Assembly: GCA_963777615.1 (NCBI GenBank)
Contig: CAVZSD010000031.1
Coordinates: 7,181 to 71,180, forward strand
From: an uncultured Bacteroidota bacterium
Lineage (GTDB): Bacteria; Bacteroidota; Ignavibacteria; Ignavibacteriales; Ignavibacteriaceae
Length of the DNA stretch: 64,000 nucleotides
Direction: 5' to 3'
Shown: one piece after another, positions 1-8,848 of the stretch
Layout of the letters: every line of letters begins with the position of its first letter
Numbering within the stretch: position 1 is the first letter of the stretch
The notes under the pieces: model-generated
Told to the model about the DNA's origin: nothing
What the model saw: only the letters and a program-made list of their open reading frames with translations
The model's database searches: none
Position numbers and translations under genes: made by a program

Positions 1-648
1 CTTTATAGAGGCTGATACAGTGGCACATTGTGGAAGTTCCGTATCCGGGCAGTTTGCTTATACTTTGAATGTCGTTGATATTGCTACCGGATGGACAGAG
101 CAGAGAGCCATATGGGGCAAGGGTAAAGCCGGTGTCTTCGAAGCTATTAAGAGCATTAGAAAAGCACTCCCTTTTAAGATTCTAGGTTTTGACTGTGACA
201 ATGGCGGGGAGCTGCTTAATTACATGCTCTGGAATATTTTACAAACAAGAAAAGACCGGTTCAATATACACGTTCCAGAGAATATAAGAAAAATGATAAT
301 GCCCATATCGAGGAGAAGAACTGGACTCATGTTAAACAGTTTATTGGTTACCAGAGATTTGATAAGAGGCTAACTGTAGATATGCTTAATGATCTTTACC
401 AAAGTGAGTGGAGATTTTATTTGAACTTATTTATTCCTTCTTTTAAGCTAATTGAAAAGAATAGAGTAGGAGCTAAGATAATAAAAAAGTTTTCTTCTCC
501 CATGACCCCTTTTCACAGATTGATAGCTTCTGAGAGGGTCAGTACTTCAAAGAAAAAAGAACTTACTAAAATCTTCAACTCTCTTGACCCGTTTACCCTT
601 GAGAAGATAATGAAAAATAAAATTATAAATATTCTCAAACTCTATTAA
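1..648 (+). pseudogene. DDE (rve/integrase-core) transposase, 5' end cut by the window edge, one internal frameshift (ISNCY-like, tentative)
   Basis: ORFs 20..373 and 382..648 are two frames of one gene. Frame 2 gives ..ILGFDCDNGGE.. Frame 1 from ~271 reads RSREYKKNDNAHIEEKNWTHVKQFIGYQRFD (third catalytic residue motif) and continues into the 382..648 ORF. The shift lies at ~255-275. Confidence 0.7.
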
Positions 649-658
649 TACAATTTTT

Positions 659-707
659 CTTGAAGCTAAGCTGCGTTCGGCTACGCCTCACTCCGCTTAG
701 CTTCAAG
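659..707 (+). terminator. Strong hairpin just after the transposase stop (terminator or IS-end structure)
   Basis: Perfect 13-bp stem CTTGAAGCTAAGC / GCTTAGCTTCAAG with a 23-nt loop, followed by CTTTTCTTT. Confidence 0.4.
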
Positions 708-804
708 CTTTTCTTTAATCCTATCTTATTTTTTTCTATTCTTTCCTTGTTTAGTAATACTTTTTTTTATTATCCTTCGGTTACCTTTTATTATGACCCA
801 ACAC

Positions 805-886
805 GTTTCGGGAGGTAAATATAATTACCATTAATTATTAACATGGGAAAATCATTTCAGCAATAAAGTAATAGATTTCTCATTCA
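805..886 (-). repeat. Family-A modular intergenic repeat, partial copy
   Basis: Reverse complement reads GAGAAATCTATTACTTTATTGC..GTTAATAATTAATGGTAATTATATTTACCTCCCGAAAC, matching 16510-16585 and 17510-17570. Confidence 0.8.
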
Positions 887-962
887 AAGGCTGGTAATAA
901 ACACTTAAAAACCCCGGGGCATAAAATACTTTTGGCTTTAATTGCCTTTATATGATTTTCAA

Positions 963-1160
963 TTAACCGAATATTTCTTTAAACAATTTTTCTTTATCCA
1001 GCCTAGACTGCCATTGCCGATGACGTTTTACCGATTCCGTTCTTTTTTGGTTTAATTTAGAAAGGAACCTACTGGTTTCTAACGGGCCTAACTTTTCGGT
1101 TAACAATCTTATTGCTTTATTAAAAAGCTCTTCTTCACTTATATATTCATTTGTCCTCAT
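963..1160 (-). CDS. Small charged helical protein, possible TA partner of the upstream PIN remnant
   Basis: 65-aa ORF. Its ATG overlaps (ATGA) the stop of the PIN remnant. Sequence ..LTEKLGPLETSRFLSKL.. I cannot assign a family with certainty. Confidence 0.45.
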   Translation of the reverse strand: MRTNEYISEEELFNKAIRLLTEKLGPLETSRFLSKLNQKRTESVKRHRQWQSRLDKEKLFKEIFG

Positions 1161-1252
1161 TTTAATTCCTCCTTAATACAAAATTCTATTGGATTTAGCA
1201 CTTCTACTTTTGCTCTTTTACTCCGTTTTATAAACTTATCATCACAGGTAAT
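1157..1252 (-). pseudogene. C-terminal remnant of a PIN-domain toxin, truncated at a family-A repeat boundary
   Basis: Minus-strand reading ITCDDKFIKRSKRAKVEVLNPIEFCIKEELK* is a typical PIN C-terminus (..IT.D..F....V.VL.P.EF). The frame starts abruptly at ..ATACCGAT, which is the edge of the repeat at 1251-1360. Confidence 0.45.
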
Positions 1253-1360
1253 CGGTATGATTACGATTAATTATTAACGGGGGAAAATAATTTCAGCAAT
1301 TAAGTAATAGATTTCTCTTTCTAAGACTTGCCTTCTCAGGAAGACTCCTTCGAAATGACA
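1251..1360 (-). repeat. Family-A modular intergenic repeat
   Basis: Contains CGGTATGATTACGATTAATTATTAAC..AGTAATAGATTTCTC..TCGAAATGAC, the reverse complement of the 16478-16570 and 17484-17570 modules. Confidence 0.8.
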
Positions 1361-1399
1361 TATCCAAGGTTATGCAGCACTTTCGGGTTGAGGCACGAA

Positions 1400-2052
1400 T
1401 TAAGTGTTAATTGATTTTTTTATAACCAAATGCATTGCCTTTTCGATTGAAACATTTTTAATACATTTATAGCCCAGTGATTTGAGATCCAAATTCAAAA
1501 AAAGATTTTCACCGCTTCCTAAAATTACAGGTGATTGAACTAAATGTAATTCATCTATTAATTGAGCCTTAAGATATTGGCGAATTGTACTAACCACTCC
1601 GCCAAGCCTTACGTCTTTGCCGTTTGCAGAATCAAAAGCTTTTTCAAGAGCTGCGTTAATCCCATCCGTTACAAAGTGAAAAGTGGTGCCGCCTTCCATC
1701 TCAATTGATTCGTGCTTATGATGAGTTAAGATAAATACAGGCACATGATACGGCGGGTGTCTCCCCACCATCCTTTCCATTCAGCATTAGGTGCGCCGCG
1801 GTATGGACTAAACATATTGCGCCCTAAAATCCAGGCGCCTATATTTTTAAATCCGTTTTCGGCAAATTCATTATCAACTCCTGTTGTGCCGTCACTCTTT
1901 CCTAATACATTTTGCTGAAAAGTTTTTGTGGGATAAAACCATTGGTGAAGCTCCGGGCCCCCGACTCCCAAAGAATTTTCCAGGCTTTGATTTGGCCCTG
2001 CGCCAAATCCGTCCACTGAAATAGAAAAACTTTGAACACGTAATTTTTGCAT
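1400..2052 (-). pseudogene. Dihydrofolate reductase family protein (RibD C-terminal domain type), one frameshift
   Basis: ORFs 1726..2052 and 1400..1780 join as ..AEWKGWWGD/PPYHVPVFILTHH.. N-terminus MQKLRVQSFSISVDGFGAGP and ..LHLVQSPVILGSGENLF are typical of this family. Confidence 0.75.
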
Positions 2053-2230
2053 TAATAAATCCTTTCAAAAAATTTAGTAAATGCTTCTTGGCCTGGCGAA
2101 GTCATGACATTTGAAAACTGTCAGTCTAAAACAAGCACAAATGATGCTAGGAGTAAAATGTTCTATTACTTTCATCAGCCTTCTTTTGCCAAACCTGTGT
2201 TAGGCGTTTGTTGTTTTTCATCAGTTACTT

Positions 2231-2665
2231 TTACCCATTATATTTTGGGTCAAAATCCACTATCCATTCAATACCGTATTTGTCTCTAAACATTCCAAAA
2301 TATGTACCCCAAGGACTATCACCAATATCTCCTTCTATTTGTCCTCCTACAGAAAGCCCATTAAATAGTTTGTCTGCTTCTTCTTTACTTTCTGCACTAA
2401 TGAAAATTTTGCTTCTGTTTTCATTTTCATTTGTTCGTCCCATGCTTTCAGGAACATCATTTGCCATCAGCATATTATTTTTACCGATAGGCAAAGCAAT
2501 ATGCATGATTTTATTTTCTTCTTTTTTTTCTACAGGGAATTCGGGGCTTGCAATGTCTTTGAAACGAATAACTTTTGCAAACTCTCCGCCAAATACTGAT
2601 TTGTAAAAATTGAATGCTTCTTCGGCATTTCCATTAAAGTTAATGTGTGGATTAATAAATGCCAT
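2231..2665 (-). CDS. VOC family protein (PhnB / 3-demethylubiquinone methyltransferase-like fold)
   Basis: MAFINPHINFNGNAEEAFNFYKSVFGGEF..IMHIALPIG..LMANDVP..SKEEADKLFNGLSVGG..SPWGTYFGMFRDKYGIEWIV. The internal ATG at 2665 is the likely start. Confidence 0.75.
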   Translation of the reverse strand: MAFINPHINFNGNAEEAFNFYKSVFGGEFAKVIRFKDIASPEFPVEKKEENKIMHIALPIGKNNMLMANDVPESMGRTNENENRSKIFISAESKEEADKLFNGLSVGGQIEGDIGDSPWGTYFGMFRDKYGIEWIVDFDPKYNG

Positions 2666-2820
2666 AATTTTATTTAACCTCCTATAATAATTTATTATAA
2701 AATAACTATCACTGCTAACATGATCTTTCAATCAACCATTTATCCATTCAATCATTCTCCAATGGATTTAAATTTCACCTGAGCAGTAGTATACAAACTT
2801 CTAAAATATTTTTTGCTGAC

Positions 2821-3435
2821 TTAAGCTCCAACATTTCCTGTCTTAACTTTTCCAGCACGCTTGTAGCCGGCAACGATAACTCCGCTTGGTGTAGCAATAC
2901 TTTCTACTAATTTAAATGCTGCCGGAATTGCCCCATTGCTAAAAATCTTTTTTCCTTTACCAAGAGTTATCGGATGAATTTGAAGCCAGAGTTCGTCCAC
3001 TAAATCATTTGCGAGTAAAGTTTGTATGAGCTTTCCGCTACCCCAAACTTTAATATCAGAACCTTTTGAACCTCGCTTGCCTGCGGATTGATTTTTAAGC
3101 TTTTTGATATCTGCCACGCTTTTTAGGAAAACTGAGTTTTTCCAATCCGACTTTTTCATAGTTTTTGACACCACGTATTTTGTGACATCATTGATGCCCG
3201 GCCAAAAGTCTGAATGTTCAGGCCAGTACGAGGCAAAAATCTCAAATGTTTTTCTGCCTAAAAGAAGGTCTGCAGGTTTCATCTGTTTTTGCATAACCTT
3301 ACCAAGAATTTCGTCGCCATAAGGTGCAGTCCAGCCGCCATATTTGAATCCGCCTGATCTATCTTCCTTAGGCCCGCCAGGTGCTTGCATTACCCCATCC
3401 ATTGTAATCATTGATATGACAATTATTTTTCTCAT
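2821..3435 (-). CDS. Dihydrofolate reductase family protein (RibD C-terminal domain type)
   Basis: MRKIIVISMITMDGVMQAPGGPKEDRSGGFKYGGW..WLQIHPITLGKGKKIF. Paralogous in type to 1400..2052. Confidence 0.8.
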   Translation of the reverse strand: MRKIIVISMITMDGVMQAPGGPKEDRSGGFKYGGWTAPYGDEILGKVMQKQMKPADLLLGRKTFEIFASYWPEHSDFWPGINDVTKYVVSKTMKKSDWKNSVFLKSVADIKKLKNQSAGKRGSKGSDIKVWGSGKLIQTLLANDLVDELWLQIHPITLGKGKKIFSNGAIPAAFKLVESIATPSGVIVAGYKRAGKVKTGNVGA

Positions 3436-3550
3436 GTCCGGACTCCTTCATTTAAATTTATGTGACTAAGTTATTATTTATTAATAACTCGATTATTAAT
3501 ATTGAACAACTCTAATCTAAATGTATATAATAAGTAAGGAAAGGGATATA

Positions 3551-3755
3551 TGCGTCAATTTTAATGGCTGGTTGCGACATTTAAATAATTAAAACCGAAA
3601 AGAAAGTAAGAAAAAGATTTTTCACATTGTGATCTCACATTGTGATCGCTATGCGAGATTCCGATAAAAACCATCGGTATAAGTACGATTAATTATCAAC
3701 ACGCACAGAGGAAAATCATATTAGTAATAAAGTAATAGATTTCTCTCTCGAAGGC
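3551..3755 (-). repeat. Family-A modular intergenic repeat (both modules)
   Basis: Reverse complement matches 15063-15212 (..ATACCGATG.TTTTTATC.GAATCTCGCATAGCGATCACAATGTGAGATCAC..CTTTTCGGTTTTA..) plus the GAGAAATCTATTAC..TTGATAATTAATCGTACTTATACCGATG module. Confidence 0.85.
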
Positions 3756-3903
3756 CTAAATGTCGGTAGGCAGGCAAGAAACTAAACACAGCTTGCCCCG
3801 ACCTTTCGGTGGAACGACAAACATTAAAACCCCAAAAATACCAAGGGCGAAATCGCCGTAGCTTTAAGCCACTGGTTAGGTTTACTTCCCCTTTAAGTTT
3901 TTA

Positions 3904-4164
3904 CTAATTTATCCTATCCCAATTCGGAACTTCTCTTGATGGAACCTTTGCTATTATCTTTTTTACTTTCTTCTTTAAAGTGTTAACAGCCTTTTTTGAT
4001 AATCTTGATTCCAAAATAGAAACCGATTCTAATTGTGTTAACTGAGAATTTAATAAATAATTAGTTAATTGATTTATTGAAACCCCTTGATATTTGGCTT
4101 CTCTCTCAAGTCTTCTTTTTAAATCTTTTGGCAATCGTAATGTTACAACTTGTGTATCACTCAT
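3904..4164 (-). CDS. Ribbon-helix-helix (Arc/HicB-like) antitoxin
   Basis: MSDTQVVTLRLPKDLKRRLEREAKYQGVSINQLTNYLL has an RHH N-terminus. It overlaps the PIN gene stop by 4 nt. Confidence 0.7.
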   Translation of the reverse strand: MSDTQVVTLRLPKDLKRRLEREAKYQGVSINQLTNYLLNSQLTQLESVSILESRLSKKAVNTLKKKVKKIIAKVPSREVPNWDRIN

Positions 4165-4592
4165 TTTTTTACCTCTAACATTTTATATAATTCTTTCGGT
4201 GTTACTACTTTAAATCCAAAACCTTTTAATTCACCTTGCTTAAAATCTTTTATATTAGATGTAACTAAATAATCACTATTACTTGCAAATGCACATTCCA
4301 TAAAAATATTATCGTTTTCATCAGGAAGATTAGGACGTAATAAATAATATATAGAATATTTCTGAGCCAACAAGGCTAACAAATCCAGAAAATCTTCCAC
4401 TTCCTTCACGGAAAGATTTAACAGCTGAAGATTTTTTTCTCTCATCAATACATCATAATATTCAAAATATACTTGTGGAGAAACAGCTAATTTTATTTTC
4501 TCATCAATAATCATTTTAACAATTAAATGAGAAGCTCCTTTATTACTATAAAGCGCGGAGAAAATTACGTTTTTATCAACTGTTAAAATCAT
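4161..4592 (-). CDS. PIN-domain toxin
   Basis: MILTVDKNVIFSALYS..(D)..DENDNIFMECAFASNSDYLVTSNIKDF shows the PIN acidic residues. It is translationally coupled to the RHH gene. Confidence 0.75.
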   Translation of the reverse strand: MILTVDKNVIFSALYSNKGASHLIVKMIIDEKIKLAVSPQVYFEYYDVLMREKNLQLLNLSVKEVEDFLDLLALLAQKYSIYYLLRPNLPDENDNIFMECAFASNSDYLVTSNIKDFKQGELKGFGFKVVTPKELYKMLEVKK

Positions 4593-4669
4593 ATATTGTA
4601 ATGATAGCACATATACTTACAATTTTCAAGAGAGGAAATATCTAAGTGGTGATTGTAAACCTAATTAAT

Positions 4670-4948
4670 TCATAACCTGATTCTTAAATTCCTTTGGACT
4701 AACCCCCCACTTCTTTTTTGAACAAACCTAAAAAATAAGTCGTGTCTTTCGCATGGCGATTGCTTTGCGGCAAAACCAAACCGGTATGCAATTTCAGAAA
4801 TACTTTTTCCCCATTCAACCAACAAATTTTTTGCTTTGGAGATTACATAAAGATGGATCAGTTCCAGAGTAGTTTTACTAGTTTCATAAGTAAGAGTATG
4901 AAATTCAGGAAATCTCATTTTCCCATTGTATGAAATGAACTGGATCAT
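4670..4948 (-). pseudogene. 3' fragment of an AraC-family regulator gene (HTH region only, frame-disrupted)
   Basis: ..AKNLLVEWGKSISEIAYRFGF.. then the expected ..FKKEVG.SPKEFKNQVMN* appears in other frames. There is no N-terminal domain. Confidence 0.55.
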
Positions 4949-5036
4949 CTATTGAAAATTTTAGGCAGTTATTTTCTGTAATTACCACCTTCTCACTTGA
5001 TAAATGATTCAGGATAAAGGCTTGTATGGACCCAAT

Positions 5037-5360
5037 TCAGTTTAAAGGGATTTCCAAACCAGTTTTTATTACTTCATTAGCAATTAAATTATTTAGGTTA
5101 AAATCCTCCGGCCTGAAGGCTATAGGTTCTATACGCGTATCTATTTTCCAGGTAAGTTTGCCAAGATTTACATTATCAATAAATTTGTTTCCAGTAAATG
5201 AAGACGAAATAATAGCTAAATCTATGTCGCTCTCATTTGTAGCCTTTCCTGATGCGTAAGAACCAAATAAAAATACTTTTTCAACATTGTACTGTTTCTT
5301 TACGGCTTGCAAGTATTCTGTAATCGAGTCTGGTATTTCTAAATTTTTGCCTTCAACCAT
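5037..5360 (-). CDS. Minimal nucleotidyltransferase (MNT) antitoxin of a HEPN/MNT pair
   Basis: ..KVFLFGSYASGKATNESDIDLAII.. shows the GS-x10-DxD NTase motif. 107 aa. It overlaps the HEPN gene end. Confidence 0.8.
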   Translation of the reverse strand: MVEGKNLEIPDSITEYLQAVKKQYNVEKVFLFGSYASGKATNESDIDLAIISSSFTGNKFIDNVNLGKLTWKIDTRIEPIAFRPEDFNLNNLIANEVIKTGLEIPLN

Positions 5361-5725
5361 AATCTCAGTTTTTCTGTTGTATTAAATCTTTCTTCTGTGA
5401 ATTCTTTCGTTGCTAATTAGTACAAACTAAATTTTTCATCGGGATAACGTGTATCTAATTAAAACTGGTTTAGTTCCTCAAAAAATTGCAGATGATCTGG
5501 ATTAAGTTCTATTTTAGCAATTTCAGCCAATCTTAAAAGATTATGAGTTTTTAGAGGATGTTGATTTGTTTCTTTCACAACCAGCGCTTTAAGTAACTTT
5601 TCAATAACCAGATGACAAATAAATAAACAAAAATGAAAATTCTTATTTGATTCAAAAATGTCGGTTGCTGTTTCCCAATCCAAATCAGAAGTCAGCCAGT
5701 ATTTTATTTGTTTTTCCTTGTCCAA
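5339..5725 (-). pseudogene. HEPN-domain toxin gene with two in-frame TAA codons
   Basis: The ORF 5459..5725 ends ..FFEELNQF*. The same frame continues LDTRYPDEKFSLY*LATKEFTEERFNTTEKLRLWLKAKI*. The in-frame stops are at 5459-5461 and 5417-5419, with no frame change. Confidence 0.7.
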
Positions 5726-5860
5726 TAGAATCTATTGTTTTATTATGGTATAAATTAAATAATCTATAAAGTAGTATCAAGATAATATTGAAATGTAAAT
5801 AGGTGAATACAAAATCAATAATCGAAGTTAGCTTATAGAACAAATAAATGAATGAACTAA

Positions 5861-6062
5861 TTCATAACCCGGTTCTTAAATTCCTTTGGACTAACCCCCA
5901 CTTCTTTTTTGAACAAACTTAAAAAATAAGTCGTGTCTTTCGCATGGCGATCGTTTTGCAGAAAAACCAAGCCGGTATGCAATTTCAACAATAGTATTTG
6001 TGCCTTCAACAAGTATATTTTTATCTAACCTTGACAACGACTTTTCCTCATTCTCAACTTAC
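5861..6062 (-). pseudogene. Second AraC-family 3' gene fragment (paralogue of 4670-4948)
   Basis: 5861-5988 is about 90% identical in DNA to 4669-4797. Minus-strand reading ..RLDKNILVEGTNTIVEIAYRLGF.. Confidence 0.45.
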
Positions 6063-6138
6063 GTTACTACATTTATTGGCCTTGTAATGTGCTATGACTG
6101 CAATTGCAAATGCACGGCATTCTTCATCGGATTAATAA

Positions 6139-6897
6139 CTAGCAAATGCACTTTTTAGGATTCACCAAGCCGAATGCTAATTTAGGAAAAAGCCGGCTGA
6201 AAATGTAAATCACTTTTGTATCACCGACACGTATGGTAAGCTGATCCTTTTTAATTCCGACAATCAACGCTTTGACCAGTTTTTCTGGAGTTATCGTTTT
6301 TGTATTGAAACCGGCGGCCATATCTGTTGCAACAAGTGGGGGCAAAAGTTCGAAAACTTTAATGTGGCTGTTCAAAATCTGCAAGTGTCTCCTAAGTGAT
6401 TCGGTATAAAAGCGTAACGCCACTTTAGAAGCTGAATAGGTTGGTTCAAGCAGCGAGGGAACATAGCTCAGTATGGAAGTTGTATTGATAATTGCCGCAT
6501 CTTTTCTTGATTTTAACATATCTATAAAAAGATTGTTCAGACGAATTACCCCAAGGTAATTGATATTCATTTCATACTCTGCTTCCTCAAAATGTTTAGC
6601 ATTTGCAATTCCCAGATTAAGCGGCGTACCTAAAACACCCGCATTATTGTATAATATATCTATTCCCCCCAATTCTTTTATTTGGCTTAAAAGTAACTGC
6701 GCGTCATCAGCATTTGCCACGTCGCTATTGATAGTAGTTAAATCTGGATATATTTTTTTCGCTGCATCCAGTTTGGCCTGATTCCTACCTGTGATTATAA
6801 CTTTTGCGCCATTGGCAAAAAATTGCTTTGCTGCTTCCAACCCGATACCTGCGCTGAACCACCAGTGATTAGATACTGTTTTTCCTTTTAATTCCAT
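6139..6897 (-). CDS. SDR family oxidoreductase
   Basis: ..NNAGV..; ..YSASKVAL.. (YxxxK); 252 aa. The N-terminal glycine motif is locally scrambled (TVSNHWWFSAGIG); see findings. Confidence 0.85.
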   Translation of the reverse strand: MELKGKTVSNHWWFSAGIGLEAAKQFFANGAKVIITGRNQAKLDAAKKIYPDLTTINSDVANADDAQLLLSQIKELGGIDILYNNAGVLGTPLNLGIANAKHFEEAEYEMNINYLGVIRLNNLFIDMLKSRKDAAIINTTSILSYVPSLLEPTYSASKVALRFYTESLRRHLQILNSHIKVFELLPPLVATDMAAGFNTKTITPEKLVKALIVGIKKDQLTIRVGDTKVIYIFSRLFPKLAFGLVNPKKCIC

Positions 6898-6932
6898 GAT
6901 TTTGTTTCCTTTCTATTTATTTCTTATATTTG

Positions 6933-6981
6933 CTTGCAAATTGCAAGTGGAAATATAATAATTAACTTGCAATGTGCAAGT
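6933..6981. promoter_or_regulatory. Two perfect 6-3-6 palindromes (CTTGCA-N3-TGCAAG), probable HxlR-type operator in a divergent promoter region
   Basis: CTTGCAAATTGCAAG at 6933-6947 and CTTGCAATGTGCAAG at 6966-6980. Centres are 33 bp apart. The site lies between the SDR gene (minus) and the HxlR gene (plus). Confidence 0.5.
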
Positions 6982-7000
6982 GATTTAAAAATATATTTTT

Positions 7001-7417
7001 ATGATTATGAATAAAACCAAGAAAAGGTCAGATTGCCCGGTTAGCTGCTCCCTCGATATATGGGGAGATAAATGGTCGCTTTTGATTATTAGAGACCTAA
7101 TGTTAGACAAGAAGTGTACCTATGGTGACTTTTTAAAATCGCCGGAAGGAATAGCTACCAATATTTTAGGTTCAAGGCTTCAGGTGCTGGAAGAAAATAA
7201 GATTATTGAGAGATTAGAACATCCCGACAGTAAAGCAAAAGTGTTATATAAGTTAACTCAAAAAGGGATTGACCTTCTTCCCATTTTGATTGAAATAAAT
7301 TTATGGGCTGAAAAATATTTTTCTACTATACCGGAAGATAGAAAAGCAATGTTGAAAGAGGTGAAAAAAGATAAAGCCGGATTTATTAAAGCAATGAAGA
7401 AAGAATTGGCTGCTTGA
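7001..7417 (+). CDS. HxlR-family winged-helix transcriptional regulator
   Basis: ..CPVSCSLDIWGDKWSLLIIRDL..ILGSRLQVLEENKIIER.. It is divergent from an SDR gene, which is the usual arrangement. Confidence 0.85.
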   Translation: MIMNKTKKRSDCPVSCSLDIWGDKWSLLIIRDLMLDKKCTYGDFLKSPEGIATNILGSRLQVLEENKIIERLEHPDSKAKVLYKLTQKGIDLLPILIEINLWAEKYFSTIPEDRKAMLKEVKKDKAGFIKAMKKELAA

Positions 7418-7436
7418 ATTATAGATGTTCAATTTA

Positions 7437-7512
7437 ACTTAGAAGCTGGTTTTTAAATTCCTTTGGACTTATACCAACTACTTTTTTAACAGGCGGTGAA
7501 AAATAAGAAAGA
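7437..7512 (-). pseudogene. Third short AraC-family C-terminal remnant
   Basis: Minus-strand reading LSYFSPPVKKVVGISPKEFKNQLL matches the AraC C-terminal consensus F..FKK..G.SP.EF. Confidence 0.35.
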
Positions 7513-7654
7513 ATTATTTATACCTTTTTACGTTAACTGAAGTGATGATTATAAAGTTTCCGCAAATAATTCTCATTTTACCTTAAACGCTTTTTCCATC
7601 ATTAACTGTTCTGATTTTGAAATTGAATATTTCTCCGCCACAGCTTTCCAATCA

Positions 7655-8845
7655 CTAACCTTTACTCTTAATATCGTCAATAATTTTTTTTGCTTCATTT
7701 TTTTTTATTCTGAATTCTTCCGCAATTTCTATTGCCAGCTCAAAATTTAGGGAGTTATCGTTTTCTGAAATATTTAAACTTAATCCCGTACCCATTTCAT
7801 TTGGATTAACATCAAAAGCTGGAGAAAGTATCCAGCCTTTTTCTGTTAAGATAAAACCATGATTTCTTAAATGATCATCTGTATTCGAAACGGTAATGTT
7901 GAATACTATTCTTTTCCATAATTCTTTCAAATCTTCCTTAATCATTGCGCCATTTTTGCTTAAGAACTCTGCTAATTCAAGGTAGCTTGCGCCTGCATGC
8001 GAATCCCTGTTATCAGTATAACCAAGCATTGTCATTGCAGATGCAAAATGAATTCTCTTTGACTTTTCTCTATCAAATCTTTTTACAAGAAATGTATGGT
8101 ACTTATTTGCAAACCGTTCAACCCTAGCTTCTGCGAGGTTCAATCCACACCTTACAGCTAAAGTATGTACAACTATTTCCCAGCCTCCAACATCTTTGCT
8201 ATCACTAACACTGGGAAATTTTGCAATCCACAAATCACCGTTCTTATCTTTTATACTGGCTTTAGGACGAGCGCCTCCGAGCGAAGAACCTGGAGCTATG
8301 AGCATATTCATCCATTTTATATGCTCTTCATTAGTTATATCATCATCTTCTTCTAATCTTAAGCTTGCCGTTTGTAATTCACTTAATGATGTTATTGGTG
8401 GTACAGCAAGTGATCCGTCTTGATTTACGAATTCTCCATTCTCGGTTAATTTAAATCTTAATCCACCCATCCTGTTCTCATCATAAACCCCCAATAAATA
8501 GTCGGATTCCATTAGTGTTTTAGCTTGCCGCCTTTCATTTCTTGCAAGTATAGCTTCTCGCTTTTTCATTAAAACCCTTCCCCAGCGATCCGGTGATGAA
8601 TCAAGAAAAATTCCGAAGTTATTTTTGTTATTATCCAAATAGTGCGGCCCTGTGAAAAGTTGCAAGTCGGGATCAATAACTTGTGCGAATTTTGTTTTCA
8701 ACCATTCATCCGAATACTCAAAAGAAAATATTTCTTTACCCCTTACAATTTCGGAATGTAATATTCCGAGTAATGCCGGGGGATCTTTAATTCCTTTCCA
8801 ATCTGCATAAACAAATATATTTTTTCTAGTATCTGCCTTTGCCAT
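7655..8845 (-). CDS. hipA: HipA-family serine/threonine kinase toxin
   Basis: 396 aa. N-terminal coupling domain ..IFVYADWKG..LGILHSE..FSFEY.. Kinase core ..GSSLGGARPKA.., ..NTDDHLRNHGF.., ..LSPAFDVNP.. Confidence 0.85.
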   Translation of the reverse strand: MAKADTRKNIFVYADWKGIKDPPALLGILHSEIVRGKEIFSFEYSDEWLKTKFAQVIDPDLQLFTGPHYLDNNKNNFGIFLDSSPDRWGRVLMKKREAILARNERRQAKTLMESDYLLGVYDENRMGGLRFKLTENGEFVNQDGSLAVPPITSLSELQTASLRLEEDDDITNEEHIKWMNMLIAPGSSLGGARPKASIKDKNGDLWIAKFPSVSDSKDVGGWEIVVHTLAVRCGLNLAEARVERFANKYHTFLVKRFDREKSKRIHFASAMTMLGYTDNRDSHAGASYLELAEFLSKNGAMIKEDLKELWKRIVFNITVSNTDDHLRNHGFILTEKGWILSPAFDVNPNEMGTGLSLNISENDNSLNFELAIEIAEEFRIKKNEAKKIIDDIKSKG

Positions 8846-8848
8846 ATT

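Noticed and set aside
5417-5461. Stop-codon reassignment or readthrough (in-frame TAA codons in the HEPN gene)
   Set aside because: TAA terminates many clearly complete genes in this window (for example at 12130, 16408, 24438 and 28719), so the genetic code is standard. Nonsense mutation is the simpler explanation.
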